From a virus (lineage: Duplodnaviria; Caudoviricetes): a stretch of DNA of 42,641 nt. The stretch covers positions 1 to 42,641 of IMG/VR virus record IMGVR_UViG_3300022719_000227; one strand, given 5' to 3'. Shown here one piece after another: positions 16,879 through 24,860 of the stretch. Both the position numbers and the translations under genes were made by a program. The notes beneath the pieces were generated by a model. That model saw nothing but the letters and a program-made list of their open reading frames with translations, was not told the origin of the DNA and ran no database searches. Position 1 is the stretch's first letter. Every line of letters begins with the position of its first letter.

Positions 16879-17169
16879 TCACGCAGCGCCCTGCCAGCGC
16901 TGCTCGTGCCGGAAATTCAGTTCGACCAACACGGTGGCCAGCGGCGGGCAGACGCTGTTGCCGCACATGCGCACCTGTGTGGTTTTGGTGAGCGTCACGC
17001 GGTTGCCGTCGGCGTCGATGCCGTGGTCGTGGACGTAGCCGGTGGGGAATCCCTGGGCGGCGTAGAGTTCGTGCGGCTGCAGCATGCGCATGCCGATTGA
17101 CGCGCCCCCGCCGCCGGCGAAGTTGTCGACGATCAGTTCGTCGGGTAGTGGAAGGTTCGACTGCCTCAT
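16879..17169 (-). pseudogene. Internally deleted C5-cytosine DNA methyltransferase (96 aa)
   Basis: Motif I IVDNFAGGGGAS joined directly to motifs IX-X GMRMLQPHELYAAQGFP...QVRMCGNSVCPP; catalytic PC motif and TRD absent. Confidence 0.85.
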
Positions 17170-17432
17170 CGCTTCGCCACCTCCTGCAGCGGAATATGGC
17201 TGTCGTCGCGCTTGTCCACCAGCTCGCAAAGCTCGGTGTCGACCGCGACGCCTTTACGCCGAGCGATCTCCCGGATCGCATCCGTTTCCTCCCCAAAGGG
17301 CCCGGCCAGATAGTCGAAATCTCGCGATCCGATCCGCACGGCCATACGGCACACGTAGAATCCGGGTCGCCAGCCGAGATCCTCGCCCCGGCAGCGCACG
17401 ATCCGTTCATAAACTGCCCGGCCTCTGTTCAT
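17166..17432 (-). CDS. Hypothetical protein, 88 aa
   Basis: ATGA overlaps at both ends, GGAGG RBS. Confidence 0.7.
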   Translation of the reverse strand: MNRGRAVYERIVRCRGEDLGWRPGFYVCRMAVRIGSRDFDYLAGPFGEETDAIREIARRKGVAVDTELCELVDKRDDSHIPLQEVAKR

Positions 17433-17626
17433 CGCCCCGCCACCTCCTGCAGCGTGTGCAGCACGGCGCGCATGCGCTCGAGTTCGCGCTGGGCTTCGGT
17501 TTCCTTCATGCGGCCCTGCCGAACCCAGCGCGGGTAGCAGCGCTCGCGCATCTTGATCTCGCGCGCGACGCACTGGATCTGCTGTTCGATGGAAATGACG
17601 CCGGGGTCGAGGTTGAAGGGGGTCAT
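17429..17626 (-). CDS. Conserved-type phage hypothetical protein, 65 aa
   Basis: QIQCVAREIKMRERCYPRWV motif; coupled overlaps. Confidence 0.75.
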   Translation of the reverse strand: MTPFNLDPGVISIEQQIQCVAREIKMRERCYPRWVRQGRMKETEAQRELERMRAVLHTLQEVAGR

Positions 17627-17757
17627 CGCCAGCCCCGCCGCGCCTGTTCGAATCCGTGCCGGCTCCCAAAGCGGGCCCGCTCGCGTTTGTGTGGCGGCGT
17701 GCGGTCGAAGCCTTCCGGCCAGGTGAGCGGATAGGCAGCTGTGGGGATTTTGATCAT
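17623..17757 (-). pseudogene. 44-aa stub (MIKIPTAAYPLTWPEGFDRTPPHKRERARF...), probable truncated phage J-domain-type protein
   Basis: AYPLxWPxG..RT..RxRARF is, from memory, the N-terminus of a longer phage protein family; GAGGGA RBS; ATGA-coupled downstream. Confidence 0.5.
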
Positions 17758-17767
17758 GCGTCCCTCG

Positions 17768-18028
17768 CTACTCGACCTCACCCAGCACGCGCCCGGCGGT
17801 TCCCGGGTCGAGTTCGAGCTGCAGCGGGCCGAAGTTTTTATGGAATCTGATGACCAGCTCGGCGATGTCGGGCTGGTCTGTTTTGAGCGCGGCGAACACG
17901 GCGCGGCGTCGCGCTGGCGGCCAGTCGCGGATCCGGGCGCTGATGTTGACCGTCGGTGCCAGATCGCGCCGGCGCACGGTTTCGGCCGGCACGACGGCCC
18001 AGATGCTGCTGGGGCCGATCTCGCTCAC
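17768..18028 (-). CDS. Hypothetical protein, 86 aa
   Basis: GTGA-coupled start at 18028. Confidence 0.65.
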   Translation of the reverse strand: MSEIGPSSIWAVVPAETVRRRDLAPTVNISARIRDWPPARRRAVFAALKTDQPDIAELVIRFHKNFGPLQLELDPGTAGRVLGEVE

Positions 18029-18309
18029 AGCAGCCCGGCCTCGTCGAGCGGCTGGCGCGCCGGTTCGCCGCGGGCGCGGCGTTCGGCGGCGCGGAGCAGC
18101 TCGGTGCGCTCGCGCACGGTGGCTTCGACGAACCGGCTGGCGTGGGCCAGCGTGCGCACCTGGCCCAGCAGCGCGGCGAAGGCTTCCTCGAGCGCCTCCT
18201 CGCGGTTGCGGCAAGTGCGCTGGTAGTGCGCCAACAGCACCGCGCCGAAGTCGGTCACGGCGTGGCCGGCCTCGCGCTGGCGATGGATGTTGCGCGGTCG
18301 CTCGCTCAT
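18025..18309 (-). CDS. Hypothetical protein, 94 aa
   Basis: ATGA-coupled within the early operon. Confidence 0.65.
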   Translation of the reverse strand: MSERPRNIHRQREAGHAVTDFGAVLLAHYQRTCRNREEALEEAFAALLGQVRTLAHASRFVEATVRERTELLRAAERRARGEPARQPLDEAGLL

Positions 18310-18680
18310 GGCGTCTGGCGGATCCGCGGCGGCGTGTCCACGCGCGCCCAGTAGCGCACCGGGTGGTCGGGCGCGTCGGCGCCGACCAGGGTCCAGCCGC
18401 CGGAGCCAGTAAACTCGGCGAACTCAAGCGAGTAGGCGGCGGGGAATTGCGGGTCATCGAGTGCCACCAGAAGCGGAGTATTGCGAGGCGGCTTGAATTT
18501 CGGATACGGGCGCCACTCGACCAGGCGGCGGTCGACGATGGCGCCGTCGGCGCGCTGATGGAACCGCGGCACCTGATAGGGCGCTGATTCGAAGTTCTGT
18601 ACCTCGGCGGTCGGCATCTCGGTGAAATCCCGTCCTTCGACGAATCCCATTTGCTCAAGCTGCTCTTTGCTGTAGCTCAC
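18306..18680 (-). CDS. Hypothetical protein, 124 aa, DUF551-like C-terminus
   Basis: WRPYP..KPP...LLV...W...VRYWA pattern; GTGA-coupled. Confidence 0.6.
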   Translation of the reverse strand: MSYSKEQLEQMGFVEGRDFTEMPTAEVQNFESAPYQVPRFHQRADGAIVDRRLVEWRPYPKFKPPRNTPLLVALDDPQFPAAYSLEFAEFTGSGGWTLVGADAPDHPVRYWARVDTPPRIRQTP

Positions 18681-18928
18681 CAGGCCACCTCGCGCCCGGT
18701 CAAGGCCAGTTGCAACACGATCTGCACCGTGTCGCTGTGGCCGGCCTGGCCGTTGCGGATGCGGTGGGCGACGTTCATCAGGCCGATTTTCTCTACCGGC
18801 TCGGCGTCGCTTTCGGTGGCCAGGCCGCGGGAGACGCGGCGCTGGAGCTCTCGCCAGTCGATGCCGGTGCCGTTCTTCTCGACCTCGGCGCGCACGCCGG
18901 TGCCGTTTTTCTCCACCGCCCCGCTCAC
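18677..18928 (-). CDS. Hypothetical protein, 83 aa, with duplicated VEKNGTG
   Basis: GTGA-coupled start at 18928. Confidence 0.6.
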   Translation of the reverse strand: MSGAVEKNGTGVRAEVEKNGTGIDWRELQRRVSRGLATESDAEPVEKIGLMNVAHRIRNGQAGHSDTVQIVLQLALTGREVAW

Positions 18929-19143
18929 GACAGCACCCGGCGGTTGGCGTGGGCGCGGAAGCGCAGCCACGCAAGCACGAAGGCCACGGGCCACAGCGCC
19001 AGCCCGGCCCAGGTGCCCAGCTCCGTGCGCGGCAGGAAGCGTTGGCCGAAGGCGGCATCGATCAGCAGCATCGCGCGCAGGCCGACGAGTGCGTAGGCCA
19101 GCGTCAGCAGTGCCGTGATCATGACGATCATCTCGATTGGCAT
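18925..19143 (-). CDS. Small membrane protein, 72 aa
   Basis: Two hydrophobic segments; AAGGAG RBS. Confidence 0.7.
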   Translation of the reverse strand: MPIEMIVMITALLTLAYALVGLRAMLLIDAAFGQRFLPRTELGTWAGLALWPVAFVLAWLRFRAHANRRVLS

Positions 19144-19146
19144 GGG

Positions 19147-19368
19147 TTACTCCTTGGATTCAGAAAGCCCGGCGGCACCTGCCGCCGGGAAAGAAGGCCC
19201 GCCGGGGTAGTTCGCGGGCGCTTCGGGGGACGGGTTGAAAAGGTCCATCGGCGGTTGCGTGCGGTCGATGTAGCAGCGGTCGCACAGACGGCCGGGGTCG
19301 TGCTTCTCGGCGAAGCTGCGGACGCAGTAGCTCTGGCCGCAGCGGCTGCAGCGGGCGGCGCGGTTCAT
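19147..19368 (-). CDS. Small Zn-finger protein, 73 aa
   Basis: CSRC...CDRC. Confidence 0.65.
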   Translation of the reverse strand: MNRAARCSRCGQSYCVRSFAEKHDPGRLCDRCYIDRTQPPMDLFNPSPEAPANYPGGPSFPAAGAAGLSESKE

Positions 19369-19622
19369 GACGCCGTCTTCCGCTTCAGTTGCCGAAGCCG
19401 GTTGCGACCTTCTTCTTTACAGATACAGCCGAAATATGGCTGTTGTTGATCGCCGGGAGGGTCCTCCATGGGGCGGCAAATCTCTATTAACTCGGGCTCT
19501 TCCTTCTCGATCTCCCGGAGCCGCCAGGCCAGTGCGTAGGAGTAGATATCCGCGCCATTCTCAACCGCGGAGAGCGCCGTCAGCAGGCCGATTTCATTGG
19601 GGGCGGATGTAGATGTACTCAC
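19365..19622 (-). CDS. Hypothetical protein, 85 aa, lower GC
   Basis: GTGA-coupled to the recombinase stop, GGAGG RBS. Confidence 0.65.
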   Translation of the reverse strand: MSTSTSAPNEIGLLTALSAVENGADIYSYALAWRLREIEKEEPELIEICRPMEDPPGDQQQPYFGCICKEEGRNRLRQLKRKTAS

Positions 19623-20218
19623 GACGCCACCTCCTCCATGGCCCGGTCCACGTCCTCGCGGCTCGGCCGGGTGTAGACGGCGGTGGAGTTGATGTCGCGG
19701 TGGCCGAGCGCGCCCTGCACCACGCCTCGGGGGTCGGCGGCGGTGGAGTTGCGCATCAGGCGCATAGCGAGCGTGTGGCGGAACCAGTGCGGCGTGGCGG
19801 CCACCGGCAGGCCGGCGGACTGCACCCACTGGCGCATGCGCGCCTGGAAGGAGCGCACCGACAGCGCGCGGTGGTTGCGGCTGACGATCAGCGGCGCCTC
19901 GTCGGCCTCGGCGAAGCCCATCTCGCGCCGGATCTTCAGCAGCGCGCGCAGCGTGCCGGCGGCGGCCTTGTTCAGCCGCACGGTGTGGGCCTGCTTGCGC
20001 TTGGCGATGTCGGAGCGCACGGCCAGGTAGCCGCCGGCCAGCGCATCGCGGGCATCGCCGACGGTGAGCCCGGCCAGCGTGCCCACGCGCAGCCCGGTAT
20101 TGCGCGCCAGGCGCATCCAGGCGCGGTCGCGCGCGGCCAGCGGGCCGGCGAACTGCTTCATGTGGCTGAACAGCTTGCGCTCCTCAGCGGTCGTCAGATA
20201 TCGGTTGAAGGTCTGCAT
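19619..20218 (-). CDS. Small tyrosine recombinase (catalytic domain only, 199 aa)
   Basis: NTGLRVGTL, K in IAKRK, PHWFRHT, LGHRDINSTAVY; GAGGA RBS. Confidence 0.9.
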   Translation of the reverse strand: MQTFNRYLTTAEERKLFSHMKQFAGPLAARDRAWMRLARNTGLRVGTLAGLTVGDARDALAGGYLAVRSDIAKRKQAHTVRLNKAAAGTLRALLKIRREMGFAEADEAPLIVSRNHRALSVRSFQARMRQWVQSAGLPVAATPHWFRHTLAMRLMRNSTAADPRGVVQGALGHRDINSTAVYTRPSREDVDRAMEEVAS

Positions 20219-20546
20219 GGTTGTCGTCCTCTCGTTGTTGCCATCCCGGCGTGTCGTCGCCGGTGTATTGAATTTCCAGGAACACCGCCGGCAATCGTCC
20301 GGCTTGCGCGGCCCTGGGGATGATTCGGTACGGCGCGGTCGGCTCGAAGCTCGCCGGTGCCAGCGGCAGTGTGGCCAGGTGCGTGCCGGCGGCGTCGAAC
20401 AGGTCGAGCGCCGTCTCGCCGCTATCGACGGCGACCGGCATCAGCAGGAAGCCGGCCACGGCCGTGGTCTCGGCCAGGCCCAGCCAGCAGCGCCGGCGGC
20501 GCTCGGGGGTGGTGGGGTCGGCCGTGTTCAGGATCTCGATCAGCAT
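20184..20546 (-). CDS. Hypothetical protein, 120 aa
   Basis: GGAGG RBS before ATG 20546. Confidence 0.6.
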   Translation of the reverse strand: MLIEILNTADPTTPERRRRCWLGLAETTAVAGFLLMPVAVDSGETALDLFDAAGTHLATLPLAPASFEPTAPYRIIPRAAQAGRLPAVFLEIQYTGDDTPGWQQREDDNHADLQPISDDR

Positions 20547-20776
20547 CGGCGCGCCCTCCGGCGGCCGCACTCGCGGCGCTGGCGCTCGATGGTCGCGGCG
20601 TGGGCGCGGATCAGCCGGCCCAGCAGCGGGCGTTCCAGCGCCTCGGACAGCGTCGTGCCGCGCGCGAGCTTGGGCCGGTGGACCTTCCAGGCCAGATCCA
20701 GCGCCGACTCGCAGCCGGGAATCTGCAGGTCCAGCTGCACCGGCGCCATCTCGGGCATCCCGCAATCGAGGCTCAT
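20540..20776 (-). CDS. Hypothetical protein, 78 aa
   Basis: ATGA-coupled start at 20776. Confidence 0.55.
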   Translation of the reverse strand: MSLDCGMPEMAPVQLDLQIPGCESALDLAWKVHRPKLARGTTLSEALERPLLGRLIRAHAATIERQRRECGRRRARRC

Positions 20777-20970
20777 CTGTAGAACCCCCGCGCCAGATCG
20801 GCGCCGTAGAAGCTCCAGAGCAGGTCGCCGGCGCGCAAGCGGCGCCGCTCGCTGATCGGCTCGGAAGCCGAAAGGATCCCCTGCCGGCGTAGTGCGGCCG
20901 GCGCTTGGCTCGTCGCTGGAGGCGTGGGCTCGCGCTTGAGCTCGGCAGGGGAATTCGGTCGGTCGGTCAT
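20773..20970 (-). CDS. Hypothetical protein, 65 aa
   Basis: ATGA overlaps. Confidence 0.5.
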   Translation of the reverse strand: MTDRPNSPAELKREPTPPATSQAPAALRRQGILSASEPISERRRLRAGDLLWSFYGADLARGFYR

Positions 20971-21200
20971 CGCGGGTCATCCTCGGCCGTCTTGGCCGGC
21001 ACGTCTCGCGTGAACTCAATCACGACAGACGTGGCCAATGGAACGCGAAGGATTTCCCGCCCCGCCGCGCAGGTGACTCGAAGAAAGTGCCCGGCCCGCG
21101 CGGCCGGAACCGCGGCGGGGGTCAGGGAGGTGGGAACCCCCACGCGGCACGCGGGCCGGGCAACCCTGTGAAATCGGTCTGCAAATCGGTCATTCGCCAT
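20967..21200 (-). CDS. Hypothetical protein, 77 aa
   Basis: GGAGG RBS; overlaps the end of the CII-like gene. Confidence 0.55.
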   Translation of the reverse strand: MANDRFADRFHRVARPACRVGVPTSLTPAAVPAARAGHFLRVTCAAGREILRVPLATSVVIEFTRDVPAKTAEDDPR

Positions 21201-21606
21201 CGTCGTCCTCCGCGATGGCCTCGAGGCGGCTCAGGAACTCCATGCCGGCTTTTGCCGCGCGGATAAAGCGCTGCTGCACCACGCGCAGCTCCTCGCGCGT
21301 CACGCGGCCGTCGGCCAGGCAATCGCGCACCGAGCCGGAAACCTCGCCGACCTCGGCGTGGTAGTCGCAGAACAGATCCAGCAGTGCGGCGTAGGTGTGG
21401 AGAATCTGGTAGCAGCGGGTCTCGCGCTGCACCGGCACGCTCTCGCGCAACGTCAGCTGCGAATCGTGGCCGGGGTAGGCCTTGTTGTTCAGCGTCCCGG
21501 CATTCATGCCCACGCGCGCGGCCAGCGCCGTGGCACCGCGCTCGCCGCCCGGGGCGGCAAACCCGTGGATCGTGTCGTAGATCGCCTGGTCGAGCGCGTC
21601 GATCAC
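21190..21606 (-). CDS. Phage regulatory protein CII (CP76)-like, 138 aa
   Basis: GATALAARVGMNAGTLNNK...LTLRE and EVGEV...LADGRVTREE motifs; GTG at 21606. Confidence 0.75.
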   Translation of the reverse strand: MIDALDQAIYDTIHGFAAPGGERGATALAARVGMNAGTLNNKAYPGHDSQLTLRESVPVQRETRCYQILHTYAALLDLFCDYHAEVGEVSGSVRDCLADGRVTREELRVVQQRFIRAAKAGMEFLSRLEAIAEDDDGE

Positions 21607-21653
21607 AGCAGCGGCGCCAGCAGGATCGCGATGGGTATTGCGATGAAGATCAT
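21603..21653 (-). CDS. 16-aa hydrophobic peptide MIFIAIPIAILLAPLL
   Basis: GGAG RBS upstream; TGA overlaps the CII GTG start (GTGA). Confidence 0.55.
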   Translation of the reverse strand: MIFIAIPIAILLAPLL

Positions 21654-21659
21654 GGTCGA

Positions 21660-21893
21660 TTACTCCGCGGATTCGACTGGCGCGCGGCCGACGGACGCCC
21701 CAGAATGTTTTGACGTTCCCAGGGAATTGGGACATGCCCCGAGGCTCGACCGAATCGCCCGCGCCACGACTTCCTGGACCGTCAGGCCCGAAGATGCCGC
21801 CCGCACCTTCAGTTTCCTGTGGAGTTCTGCGGGAACCCCGACGTTCACGAGGCGGGGCGATTCAGGCGCGTGTTGCACCTCAGCGTGGCTCAT
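21660..21893 (-). CDS. Ribbon-helix-helix DNA-binding protein in the Cro position, 77 aa
   Basis: RLVNVGVPAELHRKLKVRAASSGLTVQEVVARAI (Arc/ParG-type pattern); divergent from the repressor. Confidence 0.75.
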   Translation of the reverse strand: MSHAEVQHAPESPRLVNVGVPAELHRKLKVRAASSGLTVQEVVARAIRSSLGACPNSLGTSKHSGASVGRAPVESAE

Positions 21894-22011
21894 GCGATGC
21901 TCCAGAATTCCATTTGGTGAAATGGTGAAATCACAATCAACAGGGACACAATACACCAGTCAATCGCGTCATGCAACCCATTCGACTTGGATTTCTGTCG
22001 AGGAAGGCGAG
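21894..22011. promoter_or_regulatory. Lysis-lysogeny switch region (divergent promoters/operators)
   Basis: AT-rich gap between divergent regulators; TGGTGAAA tandem repeat; - strand TTGACT at 21963-21958. Confidence 0.6.
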
Positions 22012-22503
22012 TTGAGCCCTGATCTCGGTCACGAACTGGCCCGAATTCGCAAGCAATCAGGACTCGGCAGCCAGCGGGAGGCTTGCAAATTGCTGGGGGT
22101 GAGCGTCAATACATTGCTGAGCTACGAGAAGGGAAACTCGCTGCCCGATGTCGACTTCCTGGCCGCCTTTGCGTCGGCTACACGGGCGGATTTCGGGCAG
22201 CTTGTACGTCTGCGGCTCGAATCGGGCGATGCACCGGTGCCGCCGGCCGGTCGGATGGTCCAGGAAGCATTCGAGCGCTACGGCCTATCCGCCGGTTCGA
22301 CAGTGGCAGAGGCAGCACGCCGGGCGCAGCCTCCGCCGAACAATGTCGCGGCTACGCGCCAACGCGTTCGAGATGCAGGCGTAGATGTCGACTGGGCGCT
22401 GCTGATCGTGCAGCTCGTCGCCAGCGGCGATTTGACGCCGGCTGGCGCTGAGGCCATCATCGAGCATCTGCAGGGACACGACGACGAGCAAGGGACGCGA
22501 TGA
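22012..22503 (+). CDS. XRE-family HTH repressor (start TTG 22012, uncertain)
   Basis: LARIRKQSGLGSQREACKLLGVSVNTLLSYEKGNSLPD; GAGGAAGG RBS; no S24 peptidase domain seen. Confidence 0.82.
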   Translation: MSPDLGHELARIRKQSGLGSQREACKLLGVSVNTLLSYEKGNSLPDVDFLAAFASATRADFGQLVRLRLESGDAPVPPAGRMVQEAFERYGLSAGSTVAEAARRAQPPPNNVAATRQRVRDAGVDVDWALLIVQLVASGDLTPAGAEAIIEHLQGHDDEQGTR

Positions 22504-22742
22504 ACACGATCGACTGCAAACAATGCGGCGCGCCGATGACCAAGACTATGCACGCCGAGCGCAATATGGGCGTGCAGTTCTTCGGCTGCGCTATTTTCAT
22601 AGTCGGGCTCGTACTTCTATTTGCTTTCCCGGTCGGCACGATCATCGGCCTGCTCCTGATGCTTGGCAGCGCTCGCATGGGCTACAAACGCAAGAAGGTG
22701 TGGAAGTGCCGCGGTTGCGGCTACTTTTTCGAGCGCGCCTGA
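22500..22742 (+). CDS. 80-aa membrane protein, CxxC-TM-TM-CxxC (LITAF-like layout)
   Basis: CKQC...hydrophobic hairpin...CRGC; ATGA-coupled to the repressor. Confidence 0.75.
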   Translation: MNTIDCKQCGAPMTKTMHAERNMGVQFFGCAIFIVGLVLLFAFPVGTIIGLLLMLGSARMGYKRKKVWKCRGCGYFFERA

Positions 22743-22747
22743 ACCCC

Positions 22748-23527
22748 CTACCGCATCTCCCCTGCCCGGAACGTGGCCTCGTGTGCGGGGCCGCGGAGGT
22801 GGCCGAGGCTGGGCAGGCGCGCCAGGCGGCCGTAGAGGGCGGTGCGGTCGAGCCAGGCCTGGCTGTCGGCCCGGGCGGCGTAGAGCACGGCGCGGCCGTC
22901 GGCGATGCGTGCGAGTACCGATTGCCAGCTCAGCCCCGCCACGGCGTTTCCTGCGCTGTCGACGCCGTAGGCCGTCTCCGGGCCCTTCCATGCGAACGCG
23001 ACCGATTCCTCGCGGTACGGCAGGCCGCGGCTGGCCGGCTCGGCGGAGCCGATGCGCGTGCGCTGCGCCGTGGGCTCCCAGCCCTGCGCCCAGCCGCGCT
23101 TGACGTCCACCCGCAGCACCTGGGCGGCGAACAGCGTGCCGATGCGGTGCGTGCCGCTGCCGGCGTTGGTGACGGCCACGCGCACGCCGGAGAGGTCGGA
23201 ATCGGCGCTCAGCAGCGTCAGCGCGTTGACCGGCAGATCCGGCACGCGGGCGACGGTGTGCGTGGCGATGACCGGACCTGCGAGGTTCTGCCACTCGATC
23301 ACTGCGCCGTCGGGCAGGTCGTGACTCATGAGCCCGAACAGGCCCACGGACTGCGCGCCGCCCCAGTTGACCGAGAACGTCGCCGTCGCGCCGTTGAACG
23401 TCGCGTAGGGCGTGGGCACGTCCTCGATCGCCAGGTTGCCGATCGGCCGGGCGGCGTCGAAGGTGGCGCCGTCGTCGGTGACGGTCTGGTCCAGGGCGTG
23501 GTTTTCGTAGGCCAGCAGTCCGGTCAT
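22748..23527 (-). CDS. Tail (distal/baseplate-like) protein, 259 aa
   Basis: Last gene of the tail operon; beta-rich; TGATG-coupled. Confidence 0.65.
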   Translation of the reverse strand: MTGLLAYENHALDQTVTDDGATFDAARPIGNLAIEDVPTPYATFNGATATFSVNWGGAQSVGLFGLMSHDLPDGAVIEWQNLAGPVIATHTVARVPDLPVNALTLLSADSDLSGVRVAVTNAGSGTHRIGTLFAAQVLRVDVKRGWAQGWEPTAQRTRIGSAEPASRGLPYREESVAFAWKGPETAYGVDSAGNAVAGLSWQSVLARIADGRAVLYAARADSQAWLDRTALYGRLARLPSLGHLRGPAHEATFRAGEMR

Positions 23528-23763
23528 CAGTTGGTGCTCCAAGTGGTGTCGGTGCCGTCCCAGGTGGCGGTTTCGTCGGCGCTGGGCGCGTTCGGCGCGA
23601 GCAGTTCAAAGGCGTAGGCCCAGCGGCCGTTGACCCACACGCGCTCGGTCTCCTCGGAAAGCACCAGCGCGCGCTGGCCGTCGCGCAGCCAGTTCACGCC
23701 GGTCGGCAGGTCGTCGACGGTGTCGGCAATCAGGATCTGCGCCGGTGCGGATTTCAGCGTCAC
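23527..23763 (-). CDS. Small tail-associated protein, 78 aa
   Basis: GTGA-coupled start at 23763. Confidence 0.6.
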   Translation of the reverse strand: MTLKSAPAQILIADTVDDLPTGVNWLRDGQRALVLSEETERVWVNGRWAYAFELLAPNAPSADETATWDGTDTTWSTN

Positions 23764-24860
23764 GGCTTGCCCCGGTAGGTGATGCGCTGCGGTTCGTCGG
23801 GAAACGGCGAGTCGGCGTCCATCTGCACGCTTCGCAGGTCCTTGCCGTCCTTCAGCGCGGCGGCGTCGACCTGCACGAACAGGTGCTTCCCGGGCCGGTA
23901 TTCCTCCAGCTGGCCGACGCGCACGATGGTCGGTACCACCCATTCGCCCGGGAACTCGATCAAGTTGTGCACGTGGGTGTCTTGCGAGCGCTGCACGTCG
24001 CGCGGGCTGACCAGCGCGGTGACCTTCGGGTCCTTGGCGTCGATGTCGGCGTAGCGGGCCTCAAGGGCCTGAGCGGCAGCGGGCCCGGATGGCGCGTCGT
24101 ACTGGTAAATTGTGGTGCCGTCGCTCACAAATAGCCGCGCACCATCGTCCGTGATATCGATGCCTTTGGCCGCAGTCACCTGCCCCGATATATCGAGGTC
24201 CGATGCCGCGCCCGCAGTCGATAGGTCGTATGCAGAGCTCAATGGCCAGCCAGAAATGATCTGTTCTTGTCTGACAGCTACTATTTCCAGCCCACCTGGC
24301 ATCCATCGCGGCGTCTTGGCGCTCGATGTCATCCCGCTCAGCGAGTGGGTCGTATCGAATGTCGCCGACGTGATGTCGTAGGCTGTGATTAGATCATATT
24401 CCTCCAAGCCGCCGTCGGTGCCGGCCAAGACGAGCAGGGTTGCGCCATCGTTACCGACCGCCAGTCCGACGCCAAAACCGGACTGATCGACCAGCGTGTT
24501 ACCAGACGCGCTGCCGGAGGTCAGAGAAAAAGCGGTCGGCAGTGTGAATTCGACAACACCACCACTACCGCGATCATAGACAAGCATCGGACCAGAGGGG
24601 TCGCCAAACCCGCCCTCATCAGCGGGACCAAAAAACAAGTCGATTGGATCGTTAGCGGCGGCGGTGATATCGAGCGACACGTCCGACGCGGACGCCGTAT
24701 CAATTTCCCCAGGTTCCGAGAGCACTAGTGCGTGAACAGTGTCGGAGCTGTTATCCAGCACGAACACTTTTGTCTTGTCCGCCGCCGCAAAGATCGCATC
24801 GCCAGAGATGCCCGAAAGCGTATGGCTCTTCCCGCTGTATAAGTACTCTGAAATCGTCAT
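23760..24860 (-). CDS. Tail protein: low-GC beta-propeller-like domain plus GC-rich C-terminal tail-hub segment
   Basis: Repeats LPTAFSLTSG / LITAYDITSA / LSSAYDLSTA; codon-usage switch near 24060. Confidence 0.65.
   Translation of the reverse strand: MTISEYLYSGKSHTLSGISGDAIFAAADKTKVFVLDNSSDTVHALVLSEPGEIDTASASDVSLDITAAANDPIDLFFGPADEGGFGDPSGPMLVYDRGSGGVVEFTLPTAFSLTSGSASGNTLVDQSGFGVGLAVGNDGATLLVLAGTDGGLEEYDLITAYDITSATFDTTHSLSGMTSSAKTPRWMPGGLEIVAVRQEQIISGWPLSSAYDLSTAGAASDLDISGQVTAAKGIDITDDGARLFVSDGTTIYQYDAPSGPAAAQALEARYADIDAKDPKVTALVSPRDVQRSQDTHVHNLIEFPGEWVVPTIVRVGQLEEYRPGKHLFVQVDAAALKDGKDLRSVQMDADSPFPDEPQRITYRGKP

Noticed and set aside
21358-22011. 381-aa N-terminally extended repressor
   Set aside because: The extension overlaps the divergent RHH and CII genes; RBS and HTH position favour a start near 22012
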